DNA of 64,000 nucleotides from Tubiluchus corallicola (Eukaryota; Animalia; Priapulida): positions 1 to 64,000 of the forward strand of contig JAQGDQ010000034.1 in the NCBI GenBank assembly GCA_030141605.1, in the 5' to 3' direction. The notes below the pieces were generated by a model, which saw nothing but the letters and a program-made list of their open reading frames with translations, had not been told where the DNA came from and made no database searches. Positions 48,435 to 62,499 of the stretch are shown one piece after another. The position numbers and the translations under genes were made by a program. Position 1 is the first letter of the stretch. Each line of letters begins with the position of its first letter.

Positions 48435-50451
48435 TTAGTAACTGATGTGACACAGCAACAGCAAAGTATAAAAAGTTTTATCAATTACATTTCAGTTTCT
48501 ATGTGCATTTATAATAATTATCATTGCAGCATCCCACTGGTAAAAATTGACTGATCAAGGTTTATCATAAAAATACTAACAACTTTTTAATTCTAAAGAT
48601 CAAGGCCGTCATGATAGATGCTACAAAATCACGCTACAAAAAATGTTGTTTACAGATGAGACTAATGCATTTTTAACACAGCGAGTCTTTTCTGTCTAAA
48701 AGTTAAGTTAATATCTTATAATGCCACCGATATAGTGCATATTTACTATTTCATTTAGATTCATTTCTGTTCTTAACTGCTACTCTACCCTCAGCATTAC
48801 TCTTAGATCAACAGCAAGATTTCAGTTTTAAACAGAGGCTATTTTCATTTCATAAACTTATCAGGACTCTCATTAGCTTCTCAAGGGCGGATCCAAGATT
48901 TTTGAAGCCCAAATATAACCAAGCAAAAAGGCAAACGAGATCCTGGGGAAGCAGTGGTAGCTTCCTCGGTTGCTCAGATACGGGGTCTGGGGAAAAGTAG
49001 TTTCCTACACTTTAACAAACTTTTGAGCCTTCTTGAGGCATACTTGGTAATCGAATTTTAGAAATGATAACCAAATTGTTTGGATATTTGTGACCGAGTT
49101 TGTAATTATAATAACAGTAACTTCCACTACCTTGCGCAACAAGTAAAAATACATGATATAAAAATGTTTGCACACAATCCCTTTTTATAGCCTTATAGTC
49201 TCTACACCAACACTGTCATTAACTTTCTTATCAGATATCATTTCAAGTTAATTTTCGCACATTGTTCTATACTGCAATTAAGTAGAAAGTAATGTTGCCA
49301 GATAAAGCCAATGGTAGGTCAAGTACGCAAGCTTCCTGACTTCACAAAATTATAATCCAGCGTTGCAGTATTAAGTTAAATTTCCCATCTTTGCACAGCA
49401 AACGGGACTCTTGATTATGCTTTAAAAGGGAAGGCTCTGGACCAGCTTTTGAGTTCCAGTCGACCACCTAAAACGATGCACAGACTAAACAAGCTAATTA
49501 CTATCACCTTTCTGCCTCTTGCTTTATGTTACAGTGCACCACTCGAAATGTGTTGACAGTAAATGTGAAATGGAAAACTATCAAAGGGGGATCAAGTATA
49601 TACTCAACCCAGTGCAAAGTTAGGGTTATGATAGATTTGAGTGAATTTTGAATCAATACTGTTAGCGTGGGTAACAGGTCACATTCAGTTAGTTAGTCAA
49701 AATTTCTAAGACGTCACAGGAACACAGGCTTTATGACAACGCACTAGTTTAGAAGTGCTGGTAGTAATCGTAGAAAGAAAATCAGCAAAGTCTCAATGTT
49801 CAAGATGCATCAGTTGGTTTTATGTAACCAATAACAAATCATAATAACTAAGATACACCCTTTGGTGCTCGTAACAAGTAATTACTTCTTGAGCACCCAT
49901 AGGCCATTTCTACCTTCGCACTTTGGGTACATGATAAATATGTTATAACCAGTTCACAAAGTCTTTTGAAGAGCAATGTTGTAATGGTTGTTGTGGATGT
50001 ATTTAATAAATGAATGAATTAAGATTACAAAACAAAAATAGTTTTTTGTGCACATTCAACCATCATGATTACAATCAGAAATACAAGCACATGTCATTTT
50101 CATTCCAGAACTTTCTTGTTACAAAATATGGAATGAAGTTGTGGGAAAATAATGCAGGAATTCACATGCAAAGATCTTGTTTTCTCCACCATTCCAATAA
50201 TTCTTTATCGTCATGCATAGAAATGCTACATGCTCACTATCTGAATCTGACACCGGGATGAAATTTGATTTAGATTTACCAGTGCTTCACACACTACTGA
50301 TTTCCAAAAAGGTCGAACTATGATGATGGTTCAAAACATAGTTATTTTATAGACGTATATAAAAATGACTTCATAAATGCAGATTACACTCCATAAACTA
50401 CAAAAGAATCTAATTACCTAATTATCCATAATAGATGTAACTACAGTAAAA

Positions 50452-50830
50452 CTGAATTTATTGCCAACAGGCTTCGAACAAACTGTTCATTGCCAAGGCG
50501 TCTAAAACAAAGAAATGTATCAGAATTTAGAAACAGCATCGAAATACAATTCACTAGTTAGATAGCCAAAAGATATTAACATGTTTGTTTGTTTGTGGAG
50601 TGTAGCATAGTATCATGCCAATCAAGATATGTAATCTGCAAGATAAATTGTTAAATTATCTATATAATGTTATATCATATATATATATATATATATATAT
50701 AGATAGATACATTGACTATCTAACTACTGAATTACATTTCGACGTTGTTTCTAAATTCTGGTAAATTTCTTTGTTCTAGACGCCTTGGCAATGAACAGTT
50801 TGTTCGAAACCGGTCGGCAATAAATTCAAT
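50452..50830. mobile_element. Inverted-repeat pair with variant minimal hammerhead-like motifs (Penelope-like remnant)
   Basis: ~115-bp arms 50452-50568 and 50712-50830. The right arm reads GCC TTGGCAA T GAACA GTT TGTTC GAAA CCGGTC GGC AATAAA. Confidence 0.6.
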
Positions 50831-51001
50831 TTTGATGCACAAAATAAATCAGCTTTACAAATTCTTCTTGATTCTATATCTTTGGCATCTCCACTGCAGA
50901 CGGCCTCGATTTCTATCATTACAAAATTAACTTATTAAAAATATTAGCATTTCACATACACACAAGATGTATGCTAAATGTCTACAATTTCAAAAATAGC
51001 A

Positions 51002-54000
51002 CTACTCCGTCAGGACCTGTTCCGTGCACACCGGAGGTTTGTAGTTATGTTTCACCGCTTCAGTAAGAGATTCCGCATAAAGATCCAGTCTTTGCGTCAT
51101 CTAAAAATATGAATAAATTTAATGCAGGAAAACCAGTTTGCTTGATGACAAAAACAGTAATCTGAACTGTAATATCTATCAGAATTTGTATTGCGAAAGT
51201 CGTATCAAACATAAAGTATATGAAAACATATGAAAATTTGAAATTAACAGCAGCTTTTGATACTTTTCTTAATCGCAAATCGTAAATGCGATTAAGATAC
51301 CACAATATGCCTATGTGTTCAGTAGTTACCATGCTTCGCAGCGTCTTGAAACTTAACTGGATCTACTACATTGCTGAGTTGCAGTGGGGTAAAAGTCTGG
51401 TTAAGCCCGGAAACCCATTAAAGCATGGTAACAACTGATGACCATTTGCCTTCTTATAACAGCATGCTGCTATAACCTTGTTGCAATTTAACATTAACAG
51501 TTTTCCAGTTTAACATTGAACAAACCATACATGTCAATTTTTAATATGGCAATCACAAAAAATGTCAAAATCATGTGCATGATTTCTTGCCATCATAAAC
51601 TGTATACTGCTTAATAATAATTTACAATAAATATGAGTACTAGACAGAAAGTTTCTGCTAGTACCGTATTGCAAGTTTGAGTAAGTTCTGATTTTTTTTC
51701 ATTATGTCTGACAAAGGTTATTGAGATTTAAGCAAATTCTATTACACCTATACCCAATATACATCACTCCATCAATAAGCAGTTCCTTCTACCAGGTCTG
51801 CTCCAAAATTTTGTTGTATTCAACGATTAAATGATAGGAGTGAAATACAAATGAAGATGATATTGCATTATATTAGGTGGCGCAGAAAAAACGTGCCAAA
51901 ATTTAGACTAATATAAATGTCCAAAAAATGTGAAAGTTCACGGTGTGGTGTTACAATACCATAGCCTTTGGTTGTGAAACTTACAACTTTATACTTCAGC
52001 AGTTTTTAAGTTATTGCTGAAAGCTTTTGCTCATTAAAAAATTAAACGCTGGAACAATATCAGCTAATCAACTGAAAATAGCCATGTTGGCACATTTAAA
52101 GCACTCAACGCAGGGCAGCAAAACAACAAAGAAGTCAACTACTAGTTCACAACATGTGTTTGTCGTAGAAAATGAAGTATAGATAAAATTTGTTGTAAAG
52201 AAAAATGCGACTTAATCTTTTGCACTACTATATCTGGAATTCTTTTAAAGAGAAAGAGTATGACAGCCGCACAGACACGTTTGATGCAAAGGAACTAATG
52301 TTAAAAATTCTTTAATGCTGGGGTGTCAAATGGTGCACACACAGACTACTTGCTGTAAATTTTAACAATAGTGACAAACAAATTTTTTGGCATTAGTTTA
52401 AAGCTTCTGTATCTTTCGGCAAATCTAAAAAGAATGACATAAAATTTTTGTTATTTATACAAAATTGTCTGCAACATCAGTGTGGCAATTTTCAAGACAC
52501 AATAATCAAAACCTGGGCACGTTTTTTTTGCGTCACCTGATATAATCATTAATTACCAGACAATGTCTTAACAATCAATAGACTGACAACATTGAAATCA
52601 GGTGTGGTGAACTTACCCTGAAACCCCACCGATCTTTGACTTGTCGACATAGGTTGAGGTCAATTTCTGTGACCAAGAGACCATCTCTGACTCGGCTCAG
52701 ACCCTGAAATTAAGAATAGTTTTTCAATGAAAATGGTTATTTGAAACAATGACTGAGCCAATTACTAAGCTAAACGACAACTAGTCAGGCGCGGGGCCAA
52801 TTAGTCAGCAGGGCTGTTAGTTATGGGGTCAATTATTTGATCAGTCATTCAGTGAATTGGTTAGGCTTCAAACGAGGCAATCAAAACAAAACTTTTTGTA
52901 ATCTTAGAAGTTAAGCCATTTCAAGCAGCAAACCAGGTGCAATATTTCAAAAGTAACTTGTAAGTTTGTAATACTATTAAATAAACGTCATTAAAAATTC
53001 ACACTCAAAAGCAATGAAAGTATACACATTCCTCTTACACTATTTTTATACCAAAATGATTTTTTTTGGTTTAAAAATTATGACAATAATTTAATGGCTC
53101 GACTGAAATCACATAATTGCACTTTAATGCTAGCGACACTCGGTAAAAAATCTGTCTGCAATAAACATTCTTAATATCATGATACATTGCACCAGCAAAT
53201 GATTTGGTGTTATGATGCTTATTATTAAATGAGATGTTGATAAAGTTAATAAAAAAAAAACCTAGTAACTGCTTTACTTGTGATCTTAGGTATGACAAGT
53301 GAAGCAGTTGTTCCCTATACGTTGTCTATACATTTTTGGTACATTCATCTATAACCGTGCAATGAACCCGATCCAAAAAGCTAACGTCTTACAAACAAAA
53401 CGACCTCATGCAAATTCGTGTAATTCTTCCACCATAGAAGCCGATCTGTTTTTAAAATCCCTTTGAGGTTTCTTGAACTCACTATAATTCCGTGATTTTT
53501 ACTTAAAGTAAAAACAATATCCTTGATGTCCCAGATTAAAAGAAAACTTGATTAGTTCGATTCTTTATGCTGTAACACCATTTCAGTAATTACATCATGT
53601 AATTCCATGCACACGATGTAATTTGTGGCCACAAATTATATTTCTTGTGTGCGGATTATAATTCGTGGCCATGAATTAATACTTTTTTTCAACTTGGCCT
53701 TTTCGGGGCCCCACAGTTTGATGCATACTATCTCACACAAAATTTCCCCGCATAAGCAACTTTTGTATGAAGCAAACTGTGTTGCCAGCAACCGCAGTAA
53801 ACAATTGTTAGATGACATGTGACAAAATGACTGTTTTTTATTGGTCTGATCTGGTTTTGTCTAATCCAAACTTCTGTAGCCAACCCTACACATAAGAACC
53901 AAATCCTGAGACAGAAATTAAGCGTGTTTAATAAAAATCTGCATGACACAAAGTTGGTAAAACAGCTTATAACGGTATGTATCGAACCCAAAGACAAGCA

Positions 54001-55385
54001 AAAGTTGCGTCAGCCAAATTGTTGCAGACACAGTTTGCATACTGTATTATGGGAAAAAACACATTTTAATATCCATGTATCCATATCAAGTATGAATTTC
54101 GTGTACATATAAAAAAATAACTGGCACTTTTTTAACTCTTTTATCTTTGTGTCTGAAAAGTACAAGTCTGAAGCACCTCTCAGGAATGCCTTTAGAGAAG
54201 AGACAGTAGTAACCAATACGTCGTGTGGATACGTTATGTGCACATAGTTACGCAAAACCTGACTATAGTAATTTTGTGTTTAAATTGTATCCGTGATGCA
54301 ATAGATTTTTTAACTTGCGACCTTGCTACGTGAAAAAAATGAGTAGATTTATACTAGTGGAAAATGGACATGCAACAACTTCATTGCAAGAGGATTTTTA
54401 TACTGTTGCAAACACACTGTGCAACTGGAACATTCAAAGAGAATGTTGTTTAAACTACTTATTAAGATGAATACGTACCGGGGTTCTACTGCCATCTGGT
54501 GCAGCAATGTAACTAGAACCTGAAGAATCATTAAGCATTTTATTATTCGTTAACTACACAAGTAAAATTAACAATTAGTACAAACTAATATGTACAAGTG
54601 CTGAACAGATGCTTTACACAGTACAATCATTAATTTTTAAAAAACACTGACGTTGCTTATGACAAAGGAAGTTTCGTGAAACATACATGAATATGATATA
54701 GCATTTTATCGTACAAAGCAAATTAATAAGATTTTTTATTATGTAGTTTGGCAAAAAGGAATCCAGCAGTAAAGACCTGGCCTACTTGATGTAAATAGTT
54801 GTAGTAAAACCAGCACCTATCTGGTTATCAAAATCACCCTCAAATACATTCAACTGGCAGCGGTGCTTCACCACATATGGGAGTGAAAACATTCTCTCTT
54901 GACAAAGTAAACACCCTGGTGAATGAGTCTTCTTAGAACGAGTACTGAACCCAATGGTTAGCCATCCATCCATTGACCAAGTTCAACATTGTTTAATTTT
55001 AGTCGCTGTACATATACCGCAAGCAGACGCTAAAACACTAGGCTATTTTCACTGAGATTCAGCAATTATCTTTTATCAATCTTTGCTAACAATAACTAGG
55101 AACTTCACAACTTCAGTACTGGTATAGTGAACAACTCATTTTATAGAGATATTTACATTTCCATAGATTTACACAGACACATTCCTTTAGCTGACTTAGG
55201 TTCAGTTACTGACACAGATAAAGGTTCGGCATTTTCAAATGATTACACTACATACACTGAATTTGGAAAGCAGATTCATAAGCTTTAGGGTGTTAATCTA
55301 AAGATGTAATATTACTAATAAACAACAACAGCAGCAGCAGCAGCAACAACAACAAACATAACAACAACAGCTGCAGCAACAACAA

Positions 55386-55416
<31 letters not shown>

Positions 55417-55466
55417 ACAGCAACAACAACAGCAGCAGCAGCAGCATCAACAACAGCAGCAGCAGC

Positions 55467-55524
<58 letters not shown>

Positions 55525-57683
55525 GTAGTAGCAGTAGCAGCAACAGTAAGAGCAGCAGCATTGTTGATGCAATACTAAAGCTAAAGTGGATGAAGACATC
55601 AACAGTCACAACAAACAAAATCAACAACATCAATGATGACATCAACAGCAACAATAATAGGTAAAAGGCAAATCAATATAACAAAAAAGGCACATCTGTA
55701 ACGAAATTTACCGTAAAAATGGCCGAAGTCTTTGTGAGCTGGTCTGCCATCGCCCGACGAAAACTCATTGGGAAATATCTCCTACAAACAAATATAAACT
55801 TTTGTAACTTGAGATTTGATGCACTCTGTGTGCTCTTTCAATTTACTGTTTTGGAGACACAAAATTACTTAATCAGAAAACATGTTGTAACAATAATTGT
55901 AAGCAGGGGCTTTGTCATTTTGTCTATTGGTATAAAAATTAAATTCGAACTTACAGTACCAACACGGTTGATGGCGGCAGTGAAGTAGCTATTTGCAATG
56001 GCTGCATTCCTCGCCTCGATTGGCCACAATGGTTCACTGAAAATAAATATAAGTTCATTTCAGTAAATATTAAATCAAAATCTTCAAAGATATTTAAAAC
56101 ATACTGCATGTAAATTAGTGTTTTTGTAAATCAGCTATGACTAATTATGTAACTGTTAACGAAAATTTACAAGTTTGTCGCTTTTGCATTTCTTTAAAGA
56201 TGCTGGGACATATTGATCACTTGAAAATATGCAAGGTTTCCCAAAAATGCTATTGTCAATGCAGGGGTGTAACTATAACTGTATGTATGGATAATAATTG
56301 ATAATCATATCGATATGAAGAACTATCGCTATCCTATTGATATTATTCTAGAAATATGTTTATCGTATCGAATTTGGTACATATCCCTGCTTATCACTCT
56401 CTTTTATAAAGTCATTTCACCTTGCTTTTCAACTTACGTGCAGAAATTATGTAAAAAATAAAAAAGAATAGTTGTTTATAAGGTTATTTGAATAATGTTT
56501 GGCAGCAAGTACTTTTTTGCGGCAATAGCAGCAATCTCCAGTCAGTTTAGTGACACACAGATGGTAAGTGCCATAGTTTTAGAAGCATTTTCCCAGTTAT
56601 GTGCACGTACATAACTAAATTCACATAAATGAACATATTGCGTATGCAGTAATAGATCCATATGTTATGTACTTATCTGTTACACATCACATATTAATAT
56701 TACTTTATGACTAAACAAAGAAGGAAACTTTGTCATAAATTCCATTTATCTATGCGTTAATCGGGAAACAGCCTATAAAAAGACAGTCTTGCAATACACT
56801 GAGTCACCTTACACAACACCTAACCTCACTTTCAGCACAATTTTTATCATTCCAAATAATTTATTATATCATATCGACTAAAAAACGGATTATCGATGTC
56901 GTATCACATCTTATCGTTCTTGTATCGTTTAACAGCCCTAGGTCAATATGCTAATGTTTACTGTTAACAATTTCTTGTTTATACAGTTCAGCATCTTTCA
57001 AGCGAGGATACGGCATTCACAGTCAAGGTCTGCTCACTGTAGGATGCATGGTAGGACCAGAACACAACCCATCGAGAGGACTGGCAGAGATGTTTTAACC
57101 AAGTTTGGATGTGTAAGATATTCACACTCAAAAGAGGCAGATGAAACTGTCTAGAAATAGTTTTTTTACTGGTCACCCATCTAGTCACTGACTAAGTTCG
57201 GTCACAAAGCTAGGTGCAACTGTGTTCACTTAGTAATTGAAACAGCCAGTTAACTGTTAAAGTTAAAGTGTTAAAGTTATTAAGTAAATGTGACAAGATA
57301 CACGATGGGCACAAAAACAAAACCACTTGCAGGTTTCACAATCTGATGCTAAGAAACTAAAAGCCCGAAATGCAATTAATGAGTGTAACATTCGTATGTA
57401 ATAATGTTACTGCTTAATGGCGTTATAGACTAGAAGACATCGATGAAGCCGTACGTATTTTCGCAGAAAAAGTTATTTTAAATGATGTTAGTAGTGAACC
57501 ATTAGTATTACCAGTTTTTATGATTTTTTTATTTCCATGTGTATTACATACAACCACCAATCTCTTACCTTAAAGCACCGACAGTAGCGGAAGGATTGAA
57601 GACCAGTTCTGCACCATTGACACCGTACATCATCCAGTTTTGAGGGTGATGACGTCCATAACATATATTGACAGCAATGCGAC
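51002..57683 (-). CDS. UPB1: Beta-ureidopropionase (beta-alanine synthase, nitrilase superfamily), last six exons; 5' exons not found in the window
   Basis: Exons 57683-57569 ([39 protein letters not shown], catalytic Cys), 56036-55955 ([27 protein letters not shown]), 55781-55712 ([24 protein letters not shown]), 54519-54479 ([13 protein letters not shown]), 52703-52617 ([21 protein letters not shown]) and 51100-51002 ([12 protein letters not shown]). Confidence 0.95.
51873..52540. mobile_element. Tc1/mariner-type MITE
   Basis: TIRs ttaggtggcgcagaaaaaacgtgcc / ggcacgttttttttgcgtcacctga with TA on both flanks. Confidence 0.7.
54780..55046 (-). mobile_element. tRNA/5S hybrid SINE, diverged copy
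   Basis: Minus strand: tagcctagtg (A box), 5S-like aaattaaacaatgttgaacttggtcaatggatggatggctaacc, then ggttcagtactcgttctaagaagactcattc, which matches 31046-31077. Left boundary approximate. Confidence 0.6.
55319..55660. repeat. (CAA/CAG)n compound microsatellite in a UPB1 intron
   Basis: Directly visible. Confidence 0.95.
56262..56940. mobile_element. hAT-type MITE
   Basis: TIRs caggggtgtaactata / tatcgtttaacagcccta, subterminal atcg repeats, and flanks tgtcaatg / ggtcaata (6 of 8 match). Confidence 0.55.
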
Positions 57684-58471
57684 CTGGAAATAAAATTAAA
57701 AAGTTTGGTTAGTGAGGAACACCTTTTATGATGTGTGACATCACATCTAGTGTAATGGAGTCCACAAAGGCTTGAAACACGATAACAAGGTGATGTGCAT
57801 TATACTAGTAAAAAGGATGTATATGGGTTTGCATTTGTAAAAATAAACTGATGTACATAGATTTGAATTTCTAGATCTTTAAGAACACACAATAATGCAG
57901 TGCAAAAATGAAAGAACTGAGTGTGTTTTCATCCATCTTCTTAAAAGGTAGCACTGAATGACAACACTATTGCATTTATTGTAATAAATGAGTGGCAAGC
58001 ACCACCATTTACAGGGATGCAAATTTATAGATAGCTAATTAGTTATGTGTTATAAGCATTGATGGAAATGGCCTTTTTTAATTTTTTTATCTCAGACTGG
58101 CTATGCCAAATAGTCATAAGCCTACTACTAAACACAGAACGTCGGAACATGACGAAGCGATTATTTATGTTTCTCATACTTTAAGCCAAATAAGTGATTC
58201 ATAAAATACAAAAAACAAGAAAGCATTTGACGGCTGAAGGAAAGTAAGTATAAGTGCAAACAGTAACTAATGAAAATGCAGCAAGATATCGTATAAAGTC
58301 AAATTCATACATATACTAAAGTTATCACAACCATGGCAGGGCAGATAGTGTTGAGCCAGATGGGATGTTATAAAGCGGCCACAATTATCTGCTTGCAGTG
58401 CTTACGAAGGTGAATTTCTGAATGCAAACTTGCATGTCAAATAAGTTGCCTTAGTGTACATTTACGATGCA

Positions 58472-58972
58472 CAGCACCGAATTTTGATTTTGTAGGCTCC
58501 TGTATTACAGATACTAAGAGGCCCGAGCCGGGCCGGTCCTCAGTGACAATTAACAAAAGCATCAATGTTGGATTCTTTAAATCAGTCTACTCTGACTTTT
58601 ACAACTTCTACAACATAATGCCAACATTAGGCCCACATAGATGGGTGTAAGTCTAAAAAGTTCTTTAACTTCAAGAACTGGGGCTAAGAATATCTAATCC
58701 AGAGGTCCAGTAAGGCCAGAACCTAGTGAGATTAGTGGCAAATTACCATTAAGTAAGTTTTCTCAGGACAGAGATATCTCACCTCTGTCAGAGGAGATGT
58801 GACCTCTATTCCTACAAAATTGTGTCATAGCAATCAAGAAGAAAAATTTCCAGTGTATCATTATAAAGTATATTAATTAACTGAATTAATTTCACTTAAT
58901 CTTTGGAGGCCCCTCAGCTGGTGATGGCCCCTGGGCTGCAGCCCATATAGCCCATGCATTAATCTGGCACTG
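58472..58972. mobile_element. hAT-type MITE (degenerate)
   Basis: Ends cagcaccgaatt / taatctggcactg and subterminal ggcccc motifs, similar in style to family B. Confidence 0.45.
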
Positions 58973-61185
58973 ATAGTGCAGCACATGTCTCAGTTTTTGT
59001 GTCTTTGTCTGACAATGATTGTCAGACTTGAAATCTGGTCAGCTTAAAATTGTTGTACGTGCGATTTCAAACTTGCTAAGAAAGGAAAGGAAATCTTCTT
59101 ACTGTGTAAGCCATACAAATGGTGAGTAGCATGCAAGCCTAACATTTAATTACATGAAAAAGATAAAGTCGACATAATCTTTTATGCGCAAAGCCTTAAT
59201 TTTATTGTACGCTGACGTGACAGGCAATAAGTCTACTTTTATTTGAAACCTTTCACCTTGTTCAGATGCTATTACACAACATTGTCAAGAAGAGCACCTG
59301 TATCAGAAGAAAACAATTGTTATACATGTAAGAAAGGTAAGCCACTTTCGTTCTACCTTTTATGACTGTTTAAAAGAACAACTTGAAAAGAAAAACAAGA
59401 GAAGAATGGTAATATTAAGAGCAGCTAATACTCTAGGTAGAAAAAGCATGCAAATTCTATTTTGCACACGCAACAAAATAACTGCTGTCAATACATTATG
59501 TAATTGTAAAATTCATGTTTCAAATCAGAAGGGATGAGACTATACTATTAAATTAATTATTTCATCTTTTTCAACTTATATTTGCTGGCTATAATTGTTA
59601 CGAAATGGAATAAAATATTAAGTAAGCAAACTCTCCAGGATGATGACTGCTTGACAACAACAAGTTCTGTATGTGTCACAGTAAATGTTGCTGCTTTTAT
59701 AGCTGTGGCAAAAATGAATTTTTAACTGCTAAGTACAAGCCGAAATGTATGATTGCTTGGAGGTGTCAATAAATTTCGTGCTTTTATAAATGTGTAAAGA
59801 ACTCGATTGTTTTCAACTTAAAAGTCCTACCTAGACATTCAGGTAAAACTTCAAATTAATGACATTCCTCTAATATGTCACACCGGTGCATCAGAGGAAT
59901 CTAATTAATGGTCAGATGTATTTCCCAAACGATGTGTCCATGTGATTGGCAGAAATTTCCAGAAACATATATCACAGGCAACTGCGATAACTCAAGGAAA
60001 TGTGCAGTAGGATCCCTAGCATAAGTTCCTGAAGTATGCATTTTCCTTTGATTCTTCAAAACTCAAAAGTATGTGTTCTCTCGGAATGAGGAATTGCCAG
60101 ACATAAACTAAGTTTCTACTTTGTTCACGGACAACAATACATTTCTCAATAAAATCTTTGTCTATATGTCAAGACAAAAATAATACCGAACCCATTAGAA
60201 AAGAGGAAAAAACAATACGAAAATTATTCATCCCACCTGATTAACTACCTCATTGGCGTTCTAAGAATGACACGTTGTGAAATGAGCTCGACATATCCCT
60301 GTGGTCCAGCTAGATAAGAGTGTTAGCAGATATATCCCTTATCAGTGAGACAGTTCTTGCAATAGCATCACACATATGAGAAGTGGGGTTTACACTCAAA
60401 ACGTACTTGTTATATACAATTAGGGAGTCCTGTTGTAATTTGGTAATACGTCATTTCATTTACCTTATGTGAGTTTTGCCATTTTTGGTTTTTTCTCATC
60501 TGGTAATATATCGCAGTGGCAGTTTGAAACTTCATATAATTTTGTTGTTTAATTTCAATGTGTTGATTCATATTTGACAAGTTTTCCTTTCAATAGTGCA
60601 ATTAAATTAAATCTGTAAATTTTTCAACGATACTAATTATGATAATAGTTTACACGCTGCAAATAAACAAACTATCATTTAAGCAATGGGTACACAAACT
60701 CTATGCAAGGCTGCACTTTTTGTAATCAAATTAGTTAGTTAACTAGACAGTTAAGGTAGTTAATTAGTCAGTTACTCAGTCAGTTCATTATTCTGATACA
60801 GTATTAGCTTAAACTTCCTGTGAAATGGTATAAAACATTATCATAACGAAGGAATCAGTGACCTGCACATTTAAAAATGTCAAAAAAATCTACTTTAATC
60901 ATCTTTACATGTTATTGCAAAAAATTACCCCATGTATCACACAATTTGATTAGACTGAGAGAAATGTTGACTTGGATGCCAATGCAAATGCATGTTAATT
61001 AAATATTTCCCAATATTGAACATAGATATTGAATATGAAGTGGACAAATTTCAACCATGTCCACATACATTTATACATTTCTTGATAAAATATTTCTCTA
61101 TATATGTAGAAGAAAATAAAAAAAACAATTTCTATAAGAAGATCCGTTTTGCTTGTCAGCTAGTTCATCTGTCTGTCAATCAACC

Positions 61186-61390
61186 TGGCTAGGCATTCTT
61201 GGCAGCGTGGCGTTCTTGGTGGCTTGGCGTTCTTGGCATTCTTGGCGTTCTTAGCACTTGGCATTCTTGGCAGCTTGGCATTCTTGGCGGCTTGGCATTC
61301 TTGGTGGCTTGGCGTTCTTGGCAGCTTGGCATTCTTGGCAGCTTGGCATTCTTGGCGGTGTGGCATTCTTGGCACGTTGGCATTCTTGGT
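61186..61390. repeat. Minisatellite of TTGGC-based 8/9-bp units (ttggcattc / ttggcagc)
   Basis: Directly visible; it generates the spurious ORFs on both strands. Confidence 0.9.
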
Positions 61391-61576
61391 TTAGAGGCTT
61401 GTGAAGGACGACGATGCAGTGATGAGAGTGCGTGTGATGTAAGCCTCATATAAGAGTTGTAAGTCCTTTGTGGGCGTTCCACAAGGCATGTTAGCACATT
61501 GGAAGTTTTCCAACATTTTGTGATGTTCTTACACAGAACACCTACCATTTTCATTCAAATTTAGTTCATTTTGTAA

Positions 61577-61732
61577 AATCACCAATCAGTTCACTTTGTA
61601 GAATAACCAATCACCAATCAGTTCACTTTTTAGAATACCAATCACCAATCAGTTCACTTTGTAGAATACCAATCACCAATCAGTTCACTTTGTAGAATAC
61701 CAATCACCAATCAGTTCACTTTGTAGAATACC
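61577..61732. repeat. 31-bp tandem repeat, ~5 copies
   Basis: Unit caatcaccaatcagttcactttgtagaatac, period 31. Confidence 0.93.
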
Positions 61733-62499
61733 ATTATTAACGTAATTAAACCAGCAAGATTCTTTTTGCTAACATAACCTATTCATTTTCACACGCACGC
61801 ACCACTGCACACACACACACACACGCTTTTACTTATTTTCACTCAGTTTTCCAAAGTTTGCAAGCTATGCTGAAAAGGAATCTTCTTAGCAAAAGTAATT
61901 ACAATCATCACATGCAATTCAATACAGAATGTTTTGTTATTTTCTTCAGCTAACTTTTCCATTTTAACATATAAAAGCACAACGTCGTCTTATAGAATAA
62001 GGTAAAGTGTTACAAAAACTGCAACAATAGATGGTATATAGATGGCAAGTGAAGAAGCAAAAGAAGCCTTACAGCTTTTCCTTTTTGCAGCTGATTCAAT
62101 GGCACTAGTAATAACATACGTCACACAGTAACACAAAGAGAACGCACAGAATAGTTACTAATAACAAAAACACAGTCAAGAACAGTTTCTGAAACCTTAT
62201 ATGGACAACTGAGACTATTTAGTAGTAGAACAATCAGAGCATTGTACAAAAGCACATAAATGCACAACACTGTCATTAAAATGAGCAAACAACATTATGC
62301 ACTATTAGCCATCATAGGCCTAGTACGTTTCAAAACGAAAAAGCATCACTTCAATCAGTTTTTGTAGCTAAGAAATAACAAGGGAGAAAGTAAAAAAAAC
62401 TGCTATACGTTTGTGAAAATTGAGTAAACCTGCAAGAACAAGTTGCAAACCTAAATGTGTGTTTAGTCCAGCTAAAACAGGTCAAAAGTAACAGTATGC

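Noticed and set aside
55298-55654. Poly-Leu/Cys ORF or poly-Gln exon
   Set aside because: CAA/CAG microsatellite inside a UPB1 intron; the flanking exons splice in frame without it.
57170-57235. Functional 5S rRNA gene
   Set aside because: Only a diverged C-box fragment; best explained as part of the hybrid SINE family.
61160-61554. Repetitive CQEC/AKNAK ORFs as a metal-binding protein
   Set aside because: They arise in several frames from an 8/9-bp minisatellite, with no splice or domain support.
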